Below, in pieces: positions 39,171 through 51,569 of a stretch of DNA of 64,000 nt. Below the pieces are notes generated by a model. The model searched no databases, was not told where the DNA came from, and worked only from the letters and a program-made list of their open reading frames with translations. Source of the DNA: Mobula hypostoma. Its lineage: Eukaryota. Positions within the stretch are counted from its first letter, which is position 1. Every line of letters begins with the position of its first letter. The DNA is taken from assembly GCF_963921235.1 (NCBI RefSeq), contig NC_086101.1, positions 164,920,001 through 164,984,000 on the forward strand. Direction: 5' to 3'. A program made the translations under genes and the position numbers.

Positions 39171-39433
39171 TAGGGTAGACTTAACTCTTCAGGAGAGACT
39201 GTCAGAACATTTACCTAGGGTAGATTTGACCCTTTGGGAGAGAATGTCAGAACATCTACCTAGGGTAGATTTGACCCTTCAGGAGAGGCTATCAGAACAT
39301 TTACCTAGGATAGATTCGATTCTTCATGACAGGCTGTCAGAACATTTATCTAGGGTAGACTTGACTCTTCGGGAGAGGCTGTCAGAACATTTACCCAGGG
39401 CAGATTTGGCTGTTTGGGAGAGACTGTCAGAAC
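39171..39433 (+). repeat. 45-bp tandem repeat, about 6 copies
   Basis: Units start at 39171, 39216, 39261, 39306, 39351 and 39396 (tagggtagacttaactcttcaggagagactgtcagaacatttacc). Translates as RVDLTLQERLSEHLP repeats. Confidence 0.95.
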
Positions 39434-40149
39434 GTGCCCGGAGTGTATCTTAGCAGGTAGTGGCGAACATACCTGCACCAGCAATATTATGGAATGGTTC
39501 CAACGTTTGCAGGTGGCTCTAAAGACCCAGTGTCACATAACACCAATGCAGCAGGATTTCAGATGTCAATTAGAAAAATGTCATCTAGTATACTTTACTT
39601 AGACCATTGAAATGGTCTTGTTCCTTCTTGCACTGCAGTGGATAGAGGATGTGCAGCCTAACTATGTTGTTGTCTGTTCTGATTTCCTCTCTGTATTGAC
39701 AGTCTTAAGGTGGCTGTGTCCAATAGCTGTCCAGATGTTTTGTCGTAAGTTAGACAACCAGTATATAGGAGTGTATGTCTACTTTTTGTGGATCTCAGCT
39801 CATGTAGGGGTAGAAGAAAGTGCAGTAGTCAATACGCTGGCTAATCAATCTATGAAAGTCAGTGCTGTTCATATTGATATTCCACTAAGAAAGTGGAAGG
39901 CAGAAGTTTTAATTAAGGACCATGTTCTCTCAATCTGGCAGGGACTGTGGGACACACAATTGAAGGAGAGACATTCATATGGAATTTAGAAAAAGGTTAC
40001 TTCACATTGGAGGAGAGAAGGGCCAGAAGGAAGTTATAATTTCTCAGCTTAGACTTGGCCATACTGTTTTAAATGCCACATTGGTAAACATTCTTCAGGT
40101 GAATGCGGACAGTCTCATCTTCTAAAGCCAGTCTCACAAGTGTGATTAA

Positions 40150-40741
40150 AAACAAGGGCAAATCTACAGATGCTGGAAATCCAAGCAACATATACAGAAT
40201 GCTGGAAGAACTCAGTAGGCCAGGCAGCAACTATGGCAAAAAGTACAGAAGCCGTTCCTGGCCAAGACCCTTCAACAGGACAGAAGAAAAAAAGATGAGG
40301 AGTAGAGTTAAGAGGTAGGGGGAGGGGAGGGAGAAAACAAGGTGATAGGTGAAACTGGGAGGGGGAGGGGTGAAGTAGAGCTGGGAAGTTGATTGGTGAA
40401 GGAGATATACGGCTGGAGAAGGGGGAATCTAATAGGAGAGGAGAAGACAGAAGGCTATGCAAGAAAGAAAATCAGGGAGAAGTACCAGAGGGAGGCAATA
40501 GACAGGCAAGGAGTTAAGTTGAGAGAGGGAAAAGAGGATGGGGGCTTGTGATGGGGGGAGGGAGGGACATTACCAAAAGTTCGAGAAATGGATATTCATG
40601 CCATCAAATTGGCGGCTACCCAGACGGAATACAAGGTGTTCCTCCTCCAACCTGTGTGTGGCCTCATTGCGAAACGTCGACTGTACTCTTTTCCATAGAT
40701 GCTGCCTGGTCTGCTGAGTTCCTCCAGCATTTTGTGTGTGT
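40150..40741. mobile_element. PLE fragment with inverted short terminus
   Basis: Minus-strand PLE 3' end to about 40668, then plus-strand gaaacgtcgactgtactcttttccatagatgctgcc...tttgtgtgtg. Confidence 0.82.
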
Positions 40742-40947
40742 CACATGTATCATTGGAATGTAGGGTATACGAGTGGGGAAGAAAGCAAACCCTGGGAAGT
40801 AATATTGTTACTTTTGGATAGTTTAGTTGGATAAGGGCAAAAAGCACAAGAGAGGCGTAAGCAAGTATTTAAATTCTTGGGTTGATTAATACAATTTAAG
40901 TCAATAGCATTGGGTGTTTATATATTTATTTAATTGGTTATTATTAC

Positions 40948-41410
40948 CCTTGTTGTGACGGGTGACGAGGTCAGGTCACTCGTCTGAGTGCTACTGGTAG
41001 CATGTAACCCAGTACTACCTGTCCCATGGTCGGGTGGTCGGTGACTAAACCGGCTCCCCCACCAGGCTTGCCTGCTCAGGAGGGTGGCTAGACACCCTGC
41101 AGGACGAAAAACAAGACCTGTCAAAGGGCGGACGAACCCTCTCGTAGGGTCAACGGCCATCTAGCAAACACGTGCGGTGAAGCGTGGAAAGGGCATCCCT
41201 TGCATCGAAGCTTGGTCTGGCCATTCACTGCAACAGAACTTCCCCCGGCCGTCTTGGACCCCACCATGCCACTGGATCTGGGAGGGGATGTGGAGAGGCT
41301 GGGTCTGGACCTGTGCAACCCCCTACTCACCTAAAATCCACTCACGCACACGCTGTTCCTTTCTGAGGAGTACCACCCCACCAAATGTCTGAAAGAAACT
41401 ATCATCATCC
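40948..41410 (+). mobile_element. GC-rich ~460-bp non-autonomous retroposon, unclassified (RTE/Ingi-like?)
   Basis: Sharp GC/CpG-rich block in AT-rich flanks, 5' hairpins and an (atc)n tail. The 3' half is related to 19909-20081. Confidence 0.55.
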
Positions 41411-41579
41411 TATGGGATGGATAGCCAGAGAGAGAGATTATCCTTATTATATGTATTATTTCTTCTTGGTGGGTGTTGGTCGTAGATGTTAGAATCACTC
41501 TCCTGAATCCTCCTCCAGGGGTCAGTAGGTGGCAGTAATGCACCTTTTTAGTTGGTTTGCCAACCACAAGTAAAAGCAA

Positions 41580-43556
41580 TAGCGGGAGGTCAGATCCGGT
41601 CATTTGGGGGAGAGACAAACAAAGTCAATATTACAATAGATGACTTGCAGTGGAACTAGTCAGTTCCGATTCTAAAGGGAAAACAAGTTACCCAAGTTCA
41701 GAAGGCTGCATTATTTGTAGATGGGAGATGAAAATCGGATCTTCATGCTTGTATTAGGCCTCGTTACAATACAAGAGATCACAGATGGAAAGTTCAGAGA
41801 GGGAACTGAATAGAGAACTAATTGTGAATAAAAGTCTAGAGAAGTGTAAAAAAAACCTTAAAGCACTTAGATGGGTGTGATTGAGGTGCAAGTAGGAGAT
41901 CACTTCAACAAATGTAAATTGCTTTAATAAAATCTATCCTTAATTATGGATGTATTGCTTATGGATCAGCCTCAGCAGTGGTCTTAAAGACCCTAGATAA
42001 AGTTCAAGCTCAGGCATTGAGATTGTGGTGCTATTAAATTATCAGCAATTTCAGCATTACTGGTAGAAATCAGTTAAGAACCTTTATATGTAAGCAACGC
42101 ACACAACATGCTGGAGGAACTCAGCAGGCCAGGCAGCATCTATGGAAAAGAGTACAGTCAACATTTCTGGGCAGGACGGCTGAGTTCCTCCAGCATTTTT
42201 TATATATATTACTTGGATTTCCAGCATCTGCAGATTTTCTCGTTTGTGATTGGATTACCTTTATACCTATGCAAGTTATAGTTAGCAACGGTTTATTGGG
42301 TTAATGCAAGAGGACATAAAGTTGATCATCCAATATTGGCAATCTTAGTAAAGTGCTGGGAGTACTGTAATTAAAAGGTCACCAGTTTTGGGTGGATTGG
42401 AAATGAACGGGCACAAAATCTTGGGTTGTTTAATGTGGAATATGGTCCCAGTGTACCCTGTTCTGTCACTCCTCCATGGCTTTTCCCATTGCCTGTGGCT
42501 GGTTTAAGCCTTCAAGAAAAGATAACAATGAAGAATGATTGTATATCAGTGACACAGGAAGTTCAGTAATATATGGAAGGCTAATATAATGGCTTCTTAC
42601 ATATCTGCACAGATTATTCAAAAGATCCAGTGACAGGTCTTACAGGTGTTTCTGTTTATGTTCCAAAATTTCAGGTGTGTATTCAGAAAAGATTATCAAA
42701 GTATCAGTATTCACATCAGAGACGGTTGATATCATTTTAGCCTTGGAATGGGTTGAAGTAGTACATCCTGATTATGTAAAGTACTTCCATGGTCTGATTC
42801 ATTGTCAGTTTTGACATCTATTAAAACATATTTGAAACTGTAGGCCAGTCATTCTTCTGGAGATTGAGCATGCAGGGTCTGGGCTTGTGTATCCAGTTCT
42901 TATGGGTTCCTTCCCATATCGAGGCTGAAGGAAACGAGGTGGGAGACAGGCTAGTCAAGCAATCACTTAAAATTAATGATACAAATATAGTGGTGCCTTT
43001 GCATAAGGGTGTGGAGGAGAAAGCTATAATTAAAAATTCTATTCAATCACTGTGGCAACAAAGTTGGGATCAGAAAAAAAGAATGACATTCACATAAAAT
43101 TGAGAGGATGGTGGGAACTCAACTGGAAGTTGGGTATAAAAAAGTTATACATTTATATATTGGACATACTAGGTTGAATAATTTCTTGTTCAGAGTTAAT
43201 AAGTAGGATACGACATTAATAGGGAGTTTACTTGTCAAGAAATGTTGCAGCATAAATTGTTTGAATGCCATTCATATGACGTGCCAGGGAAACCTCGAAT
43301 TGTTGAATTAAGATTTTTGGGGCAGACACTGATTAAATGGAAAATTTGCAAGAATATCATCACCATCATATTATAAATAGTGTGTATTTGTCTTTCTGAA
43401 AAGCATTAGACTTTTTGATGTTATTTTAATTGTTTCAGGGGAGTTGGGAATTTAGTGGGTATACGTCCTTGTCTCTTTGCTCCATGCTCCAACTCAGTGG
43501 GTGGTGGTAATGCACCTTATGTTGGTCTGCCAACCACCATTAAACTTTACAAGAAC
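41580..43556 (+). mobile_element. Second Nimb/I-clade LINE, decayed
   Basis: LIKSILNYGCIAYGSA and IQFLWVPSHIEAEGNEVGDRLVKQSL (RNase H). The 3' end is ggtggtggtaatgcaccttatgttggtctgccaaccaccattaaa. Confidence 0.75.
42092..42246. mobile_element. Short palindromic PLE-terminus element nested in the Nimb LINE
   Basis: atgctggaggaactcagc is inverted against gctgagttcctccagcat, followed by ggatttccagcatctgcag. Confidence 0.8.
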
Positions 43557-45299
43557 TAACGTGGCAAACAACAGCAAGCTCAGTGTGCCCTGTTTAAGTG
43601 CTCCAAAAAGCATTCACCCAATTAATATTTGGATTCTCCCATGTAATATTTGCTCATGTTTTTCTCTCTCTCTCCACTCACACTGTCAAACCTGGGCACT
43701 TCCTACAGCTCAGTATTTTTCAACTGTTACATTCCTTTGTGTGCTCTCTACAGCCCTCATTCATCTAATGACCTTTGTAAACCTGCTCTCACATTATAAA
43801 GATACTCATTTTGCCCTAGCCATTCAGTGATCAATAACCAATTTACCTCCCTCCCCCCACAGTTCTGAGTATCTTTGATGTGAAAATTTAACTCTGTTTC
43901 TTTTCCCACAGAAACCACCCAACTCGCTCAGTATCTTCTGTTTTTATTAAAAACACCAAAGACCACTTTTACTTTTTCTTGTGTAAGATTTTACTACCCA
44001 TGTGATGTCGTCATATACATGATCAGGGTCCTCATGCTCATCATCGGAGAATCCTGGTGTTGATGCTGAAGATTGAAACCCAAAGGTCAACTGGAAGTCC
44101 AGCAGCCAGAAGCCCGGATCTGCAAGTCCACTAGGGAGGCCAAAGACCCAATGACTGAGTCCACAGATTGAACGGAGGTTGTAGACCACAGATCGTGGGA
44201 TTGGAAGGCTGTCTGGATGGGTGGATGGGAGGGAGAAATGAGATTTGTGTTGCCGTTGCTCGTATTGTTCTGTGAACACTACAGGAAAGCTTTGTTGACA
44301 TGGAATGTGTCCCAGCACATCCTTAGGTTGTGTTGGTTGTTAATTCACTGCATGAACACAGAGTGCATGTTCACTGCATGTTTTGCTCTACATATGGTAA
44401 ATAAATAAATCAGAATCTGTTGAACTTCTTGACCTGGTTGAGTGATAGGCAGCTGCTGATTCATTATGCACTGGGACAAAGCTACCTTGCCTACTGGTCA
44501 TCTATTGCCTGTTCATTTTGCTATTTGGCAGAGGTTATTGTGGTACAAAGAATAGAAAATGAAAGACTGCTTCATACTGTTGCTGTTGAAAAGGCAAATC
44601 TCCAGAACGGCTGTAGTAAATACAACAAGAACCTCCACTTCCTGATATGATCAATACTATTAGGTCTAAAAAAGTCAACAATCCCCATAAAATATATATA
44701 ATCTCTTGAATTCCCATCTTCATATTTAAGCTCAAAGTTCAAAGTACATTTATTATCAAAGAATGTATAAATTATACAAACTTGAGATTTGTTTGCTTAC
44801 ATGCTGCTGCAAAGAAAGAAATCCGAAAACCCAGTTAAAAAAAAAGACCAAAGCCAGCAGAGAAAGAGGAAAAAACACAAATCATGGAAACAATAGAATC
44901 GAGCAACAACAGCAGCATTCCGAACCAAACGGAGTCCTTAGATCCAAATCCTTGGAGCAGCCCAAAGTAGGCCCAAAGCCTCGCTTCATCACATCACATT
45001 GGCGGGGCAAATTGCCACATTCAGGAGTTCTAGCAGCTATCTGCTCATAGGCAAACTATCAAAAGTGAGCCAAATCTAATTTTATTTAAAACACAATCAC
45101 TCCATTGCAAGGGTTGTTAATGCCAATTGAACCCAAATTGATCACTGCCTTGAAGACTAGCTATATGCAGGCAGGAAATTCTTTCCCTTTCTTTCTTAAT
45201 GGCAGAATGCTTCTCCTTAAAATCAACCCTGCCTGATTGAATGTGTTGGATAGCTTGCTACTCTGATCATGTGACCTCTATATTGATGTTGAGATGAAG

Positions 45300-45937
45300 G
45301 ACTAGGGTTGAGAGGGTGAACAGCTTTACGTTCCTTGGCATACACATCACCGAGAATCTCCTGTGGTCTGTACATACCGGCTGCGTGGTGAAAAAGGCAC
45401 AACAGCACCTCTTTCATCTCAGACGATTGAAGAAGTTTGGTATAGCCCCCCAAATTCTAAGAACTTTCTATAGGGGCATGACTGAGAGCATCCTGACTGG
45501 CTGCATCACTGCCTGGTATGGGAACTGTACTTCCCCCAATCACAGGACTCTGCAGAGAGTGGTGCGGACAGCCCGGTGCATCTGTAGATGTGAACTTCCC
45601 ACTACTCAGGACATTTATAAAGACAGGTGTGAGAAAAGGGCCTGAAGGATCACTGGTGACCCGAGTCACCTCAACCACAAACTGTTCCAGCTGCTACGTT
45701 CCGGGAAACGGTACAACAGCATAAAAGCCAGGACCAACAGGCTCCGGTACAGCTTCTTCCACCAGGCCTTCAGACTGATTAATTCATGCTGATGCTACTG
45801 TAATTCCGTTATATTGACTATCCTGTTTGTACATAATATTTATTATAAATTACTATAATTGCACATTTGAACAGAGACATAACATAAAGATTTTTACTCC
45901 ATGTATTTGAAGGATGTAAGTGATAAGGTCAACTCAA
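45300..45937 (+). mobile_element. Rex/Babar-type LINE 3' fragment, same subfamily as 12665-13596
   Basis: ORF 45316-45645 (FLGIHITENLLWS...ESILTGCITAWYGN) and a shared tail. Confidence 0.9.
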
Positions 45938-46808
45938 TATGTGCGTAGTGTTCTCTGATTGTGTGTGAGCTTGGAGAAGGCGACTCGTTGGATGAGATTA
46001 AGAATCTGGCACCCACACATTGCCCAGTGCACTGGTCCTAATGTAACATAAGTGGAACATCGCTTCACTGAACAGACAGGCAGCAGGGCGATCAATAATC
46101 TCCCATATTGTGAAGGATCTTCCTAAGTCAGTGATCGTAAATGATGCAGCATGGAAACAGGCTTCTCTGCCCACAAAGTCCACTCCGACCAGTAGAAGCA
46201 ATAATGCATTGCTCGGGGTTTTGTTGGGAGGTGAACCAAGCTTCACATTGATAGGGCAATGTAGGGATGACCTGAATCTAGACGTCTTTCTGTCAGCTGC
46301 TGGCAAAGATTCAAAGTTTCAAAGTGCATTTATTATCAACAAATGTATAAATTATACAACCTTGAGATTTGTTTGCTTAACAGGCAGTCGAAAAGCAAGG
46401 AACCCAGAAGAACCCAGTTAAAAAAAATAAGACCAACACCATGTGCCCCCCCCCAAAAAAAAAACACAAAACAGATCATGCAAACAATAGAAGCAAGCAA
46501 CAACAGGCAGTGGATGAACCTCTGAAGTCTCACAAAGGCATTAACTCTTTGAGAGGACTAGCTACTGAAGCAAAAGAAATGCTCAATTGTTTTCAAGGTC
46601 TGCACTTGGTAGACTTATGTCGAACTTCTGGTCCTGCGGTTTGCATGGTTTGCCTGATGATACGACTTGCTCTCTTTTGGACAGGAAAAGGTGGGTCTTC
46701 AGCAAGTAACAAACAACAGGAATTCTGCAGATGCTGGAAATTCAAGCAACATGCATCAAAGTTGCTGGTGAACGCAGCAGGCCAAGCAGCATCTGTAGGA
46801 AGAGGTGC

Positions 46809-46844
46809 AGTCGACGTTTCAGGCCGAGACCCTTCGTCAGGACT
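46809..46844 (-). ncRNA. Minimal type I hammerhead ribozyme, intact
   Basis: Minus strand reads AGTC-CTGACGA-AGG gtctcgg CCT-GAAA-CGTC-GACT, identical to 13999-14034. Confidence 0.85.
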
Positions 46845-47136
46845 AACTGAAGGAAGAGTGAGTAAGGGATTTGAAAGTTGGAGGGGGAGGGGGAGATCCA
46901 AAATGATAGAAGACAGGAGGGGGAGGGATAGAGCTGAGAGCTGGACAGGTGATAGGCAAAAGGGGATACGAGAGGATCATGGGACAGGAGGTCCGGGAAG
47001 AAAGACGGGGGGTGGGGTGACCCAGAGGATGGGCAAGAGGTATATTCAGAGGGACAGAGGGAGAAAAAGGAGAGTGAGAGAAAGAATGTGTGCATAAAAA
47101 TGAGTAACAGATGGGGTACGAGGGGGAGGTGGGGCC

Positions 47137-48498
47137 TTAGCGGAAGTTAGAGAAGTCGATATTCATGCCATCAGGTTGGAGGCTACCCAGACGGAATATA
47201 AGGTGTTGTTCCTCCAACCTGAGTGTGGCTTCATCTTTACAGCAGAGGAGGCCGTGGATAGACATGTCAGAATGGGAATGGGATGTGGAATTAAAATGTG
47301 TGGCCACTGGGAGATCCTGCTTTCTCTGGCGGACAGAGCGTAGATGTTCAGCAAAGCGGTCTCCCAGTCTGCGTCGGGTCTCGCCAATATATAAAAGGCC
47401 ACATCGGGAGCACCGGACGCAGTATATCACCCCAGTCGACTCACAGGTGAAGTGATGCCTCACCTGGAAGGACTGTTTGGGGCCCTGAATGGTGGTAAGG
47501 GAGGAAGTGTAAGGGCATATGTAGCACTTGTTCCGCTTACACGGATAAGTGCCAGGACGGAGATCAGTGGGGAGGGATGGGGGGGACGAATGGACAAGGG
47601 AGTTGTGTAGGGAGCAATCCCTGTGGAATGCAGAGAGAGGGGGGGAGAGAAAGATGTGCTTAGTGGTGGGATCCCGTTGGAGGTGGTGGAAGTTACGGAG
47701 AATAATATGTTGGACCCGGAGGCTGGTGAGGTGGTAGGTGAGGACCAGGGGAACCCTATTCCTAATGAAGTGGTGGGAGGATGGAGTGAGAGCAGATGTA
47801 CGTGAAATGGGGGAGATACATTTAAGAGCAGAGTTGATAGTGGAGGAAGGGAAGCCCCTTTCTTTAAAAAAGGAAGACATCTCCCTCGTCCTAGAATGAA
47901 AAGCCTCATCCTGAGAGCAGATGCGGCGGAGACAGAGGAATTGCGAGAAGGGGATGGCGTTTTTGCAAGAGACAGGGTGAGAAGAGGAATAGTCCAGATA
48001 GCTGTGAGAATCAGTAGGCTTATAGTAGACATCAGTGGATAAGCTGTCTCCAGAGACAGAGACAGAAAGATCTAGAAAGGGGAGGGAGGTGTCGGAAGTG
48101 GACCAGGTAAACTTGAGGGCAGGGTGAAAGCTGGAGGCAAAGTTAATAAAGTCAACGAGTTCTGCATGCGTGCAGGAAGCAGCGCCAATGCAGTCGTCGA
48201 TGTAGCGAAGGAAAAGTGGGGGACAGATACCAGAATAGGCACGAAACATAGATTGTTCCACAAAGCCAACAAAAAGGCAGGCATAGCTAGGACCCATACG
48301 GGTGCCCATAGCTACACCTTTAGTTTGGAGGAAGTGGGAGGAGCCAAAGGAGAAATTATTAAGAGTAAGGACTAATTCCGCTAGACGGAGCAGAGTGGTG
48401 GTAGAGGGGAACTGATTAGGTCTGGAATCCAAAAAGAAGCGGAGAGCTTTGACACCTTCCTGATGGGGGATGGAAGTATATAAGGACTGGACATCCAT
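47137..48498 (-). CDS. PLE reverse transcriptase / GIY-YIG endonuclease, N-terminally truncated
   Basis: DVQSLYTSIP (motif A), QTKGVAMG (motif B), RYIDD (motif C), FLDL, YKPTDSHSYL, Cys linker CKRNKCYIC and VIYCVRCSRCGLLYIGETRR. Confidence 0.93.
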   Translation of the reverse strand: MDVQSLYTSIPHQEGVKALRFFLDSRPNQFPSTTTLLRLAELVLTLNNFSFGSSHFLQTKGVAMGTRMGPSYACLFVGFVEQSMFRAYSGICPPLFLRYIDDCIGAASCTHAELVDFINFASSFHPALKFTWSTSDTSLPFLDLSVSVSGDSLSTDVYYKPTDSHSYLDYSSSHPVSCKNAIPFSQFLCLRRICSQDEAFHSRTREMSSFFKERGFPSSTINSALKCISPISRTSALTPSSHHFIRNRVPLVLTYHLTSLRVQHIILRNFHHLQRDPTTKHIFLSPPLSAFHRDCSLHNSLVHSSPPSLPTDLRPGTYPCKRNKCYICPYTSSLTTIQGPKQSFQVRHHFTCESTGVIYCVRCSRCGLLYIGETRRRLGDRFAEHLRSVRQRKQDLPVATHFNSTSHSHSDMSIHGLLCCKDEATLRLEEQHLIFRLGSLQPDGMNIDFSNFR

Positions 48499-48720
48499 GG
48501 TGAAAATAAAGCGGTGGGGGCCAGGGATTGCTCTTCAGAGCGTAGAGGGATGAATCAATGATGATATCTGTAGCAGTTGAATCTGGATCATTCAATAGTG
48601 GCTCAAAACATTTCTTCCATCTGGCTCTGGAATCTTTCCTGAAGGAGCATCAACCTATTCGCTTGGCGTGCTGTGGGCGCTAAATGGTGGTCTGAGGAAA
48701 GCACCTCACGTCACACTTAC

Positions 48721-48816
48721 CTATGCAAAGTTTTAGCTGCCACCACTTGCCTTTGATGAAAAGGAATCTTTTTGTGCTTCAACCTATATTAGACAAGGAG
48801 CCCAGGTACTTGCACT
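48721..48816 (-). other. Candidate non-coding exon (96 nt)
   Basis: Acceptor ctctgtgcctttcag| and consensus donor TAG|GTAAGT in repeat-free DNA. Confidence 0.25.
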
Positions 48817-50398
48817 CTGAAAGGCACAGAGTTCCAACTTACAGACTGACAGGTCTGCAACAGCTTTGTTAATGGTTCCTTGTTCACAGCCGAGGAAAAA
48901 AATAATTTAATCTGAATTTGTCCCCTATGCATTGCTACTAGATGAGAAACTCCTGCAGCTCACACACACTCACAAAGAAAGGAGCCATTGTCTTGTTATT
49001 CCACAGACACTGAAACAAAGGCAAAGGCATTTTCTAATAGTTGCTGAATGAACATAGAAAATTACCACCCAGTACTGTATCCAGCCTAAACTATTTTCCT
49101 TTAAAGTCAGAAATATTAATCCTCAATTCATTAAGCTGTCCATTCTTTGGCCAAGGTCAAAGTGAATGACTTCCCAGTTGTAACAATGAGTGCTATTTTG
49201 CAGCTTTAGTGTATTCGAGTGTAGAGTGTTGTGTTCTGCCAATTTTGAGACTCTAGACAAAGAACAGCATATGACTATCAATGCTACTCTGTCAGCTGAC
49301 TTACAGTAAATCACATTCCATTTGGTGGTATGGCAGGTTGTCAGTCTTAACCTCACTGAACACCCTTTCACTTCAATGCACCCAGTCAAGTTGCCCAAGT
49401 CACAAAGAAACTCACTCAGCAAGAACCAGAATATGGGACTTAATATTCAGAACTTTCTGGTTGAAGATAAAGCGCACAGTGTCATAAAATCAATGAAAAG
49501 AGAGCTCACGGCATCAATAAATCAACCAGGCAGCAAACCCAGCAAATAGAAGACAAAGGGAGGATGTTTTCCGTGTGCATTTCCTCAAAAGGTGAATTAT
49601 CAAGAACTGTGGAACTGATTTAGAATTAGGATCCCAGAAATTCAAATGCACACAATATAGAAATGAAAAACAAAATAATGACCATTATTTCACAGGGGCT
49701 GGAATTCCTGTCTTCAAACCACTTTATCTTGGTGCAAGACAGTGGCACCTTGCTAAAAAGGGAGAGAATGAACCTGGATATTCTCTCAAAACTGTATTAG
49801 CTCAGGTAGCTCAAAGCTGAACATCCATGAGGTGTAGTGAGCCATCAACAGCAGTAAAAGATATACCATACCACAATCTGTAACCTTATGATAGATATGG
49901 TAGAGCATATCCCCTGCTCTACCATTGCTATCAACCTCAGAAATACTTCTGATTCACTGAGGGCAGAATGGCAAGCCAGATGCAGCATCCGATGTACCCA
50001 AGATTGAGGTGCCATCCGGTAGAATAGCATGTATTATACAACATTTACTGAGAGGAGGTGGTGGCTCCAAAGACATCCCCATCCTCAATGGTGTCAAGGC
50101 TCAGAATTCCTGTGCAAAAGCTGCTGAAAGATTTACACAGCCAGGTTCAGCTAAAAGTGCCATATGGATGAACCATCTTGGATTCTTCCTATGATCACCA
50201 CCATTTCAGGGGCCACCCTCCAGCCAAACCAAGTGACATCAAAAGATGGTTGAAAACACTGGATAGAGCAAGGGCTAAGGGAGCAGGTAACATGCTGACT
50301 GTGGTATATTGAGGAAGTGCTCCTGAACTCTCCATGCTTCTAGCCAACTATTATCCTGGAATTACCAAAACAATGTGCAAAAGTGCAGTTCCTTCAAG

Positions 50399-50462
50399 AC
50401 TCAACCTTACTGATCAGCAACCTATTCACTACTCAACCTTATTGATCGGCAACCTATTCACT
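50399..50462 (+). repeat. 32-bp tandem duplication
   Basis: actcaacctta(c/t)tgatc(a/g)gcaacctattcact x2. Confidence 0.9.
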
Positions 50463-50571
50463 CCAGTGGCTGTAGTGTGCATAACATTTGCAAAATGCAC
50501 TGTAGTTGTTCACCAAGCTTCTCTTACAGTACTTCCCAAATCAGACATTGGCTTTGTGAGAGAAGCCAGAG

Positions 50572-51569
50572 AGTATTAGCAGATGGTTGCCTCTCTGACT
50601 GGAGGCCTGTGTGACCAGTGGAGTGCTGCAGGGATCGGTGCTGGGCCCGTTGTTGTTTGTCATCTCCATCAACCACCTGGTCAATAATGTGTTATCAATG
50701 ACACCAATGTTTGGCGGGGGGGTGGGGGGTAGGAAGTCTATCATGCCTTGCAGCTGGATCTGGTCCAGCCGGAAAAATGGGCTGTAAAATGGCAGACAGA
50801 ATTTAATGTAGACAAGTGTGAGGTGCTGCACTTCAGTAGGACCAACCAGGGTAGCTCTTACACAGTGAATGGTAGGGCACTGAGGAGTGTGGTAGAACAA
50901 AGTGATCTGGGAATATAGGTCCATAATTCATTGAAAGCTATGTCACTGGTAGATAGAGTTGTAACAAAACCTTTTGGCACATTGGCCTTCATAATTCAAA
51001 GTATTGAGTACAGGAGATAGGATGTTATGTTGAAGTTGTATAAGACGTTGGTGAGCACTAATTTGGAGTAGTGTGTCCAGTTTTGGTCACCTACCTACAG
51101 GAAAGATGTAAATAAGGTTGAAAAACTACAGAGAAAATTTACAAGAATTTGGCTGGGTCTGGAGGATCTGAGTTATAAGGAAAGATTGAACAGGTTAGGA
51201 CTTTATTCCTTGGAATGTAGAAGATTGAGGGGAGACTTGATAGAGGAATACAAAATTATGAGGGGTATAGATAGGATAAATGCAAGCAGGCTTTTTCCAC
51301 TGAAGAAGGCGGGACTATAACCAGAGGTCATGGATTAAGGGTGAAAGGTGAAAGGGGGAACATGAGGGGAAACTTCTTCACTCAGAGGGTTGTGAAAGTG
51401 TGGATTAAGCTTCCAATTTAAGAGAAGTTTAGATGGGTACATGGATGGTAGGGGTATGCAGGGCTATGGTCCCAGTGCAGGTCGATCAGAGTGGACAGTT
51501 TAAATGGTTCGGCATGGACTGGATGGGCTGAAAGGCCTTTTTCTGTGCTGTACTTTTCTATGTCTCTAT
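50572..51569 (+). mobile_element. CR1 LINE 3' part, inserted into an older LINE remnant (~49930-51830)
   Basis: VTSGVLQGSVLGPLLFV, WQTEFNVDKCEVLHF and RRLRGDLIE. Tail ttttctatgtctctat. Confidence 0.9.

Larger units (their letters stand above)
38630..41578 (+). mobile_element. Nimb/I-clade LINE with RNase H, decayed, with nested insertions
   Basis: LYYALIRAVFDYGCVAYGS, LALQWIEDVQP..VVVCSDFLSVL, FLWISAHVGVE and SQLRLGHT. The 3' end is gtaggtggcagtaatgcacc...ttgccaaccacaagtaaaa. Confidence 0.75.
46711..48527 (-). mobile_element. Young 5'-truncated Penelope-like element (Neptune-type)
   Basis: Uninterrupted RT + GIY-YIG frame, polypyrimidine 3' region and hammerhead terminus. Confidence 0.95.

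Noticed and set aside
39171-39433. Possible CRISPR-like array
   Set aside because: Contiguous tandem units with no unique spacers, no cas genes, and a vertebrate context
46441-47097. 218-aa plus-strand ORF and similar recurring ORFs (13952, 20894, 21657, 60677)
   Set aside because: Chance frames through low-complexity PLE terminal sequence. They recur only because the repeat recurs.
46695-48540. TSD for the long PLE copy (tcttcag near both ends)
   Set aside because: The 7-bp match is not directly adjacent to either end and is too weak to call
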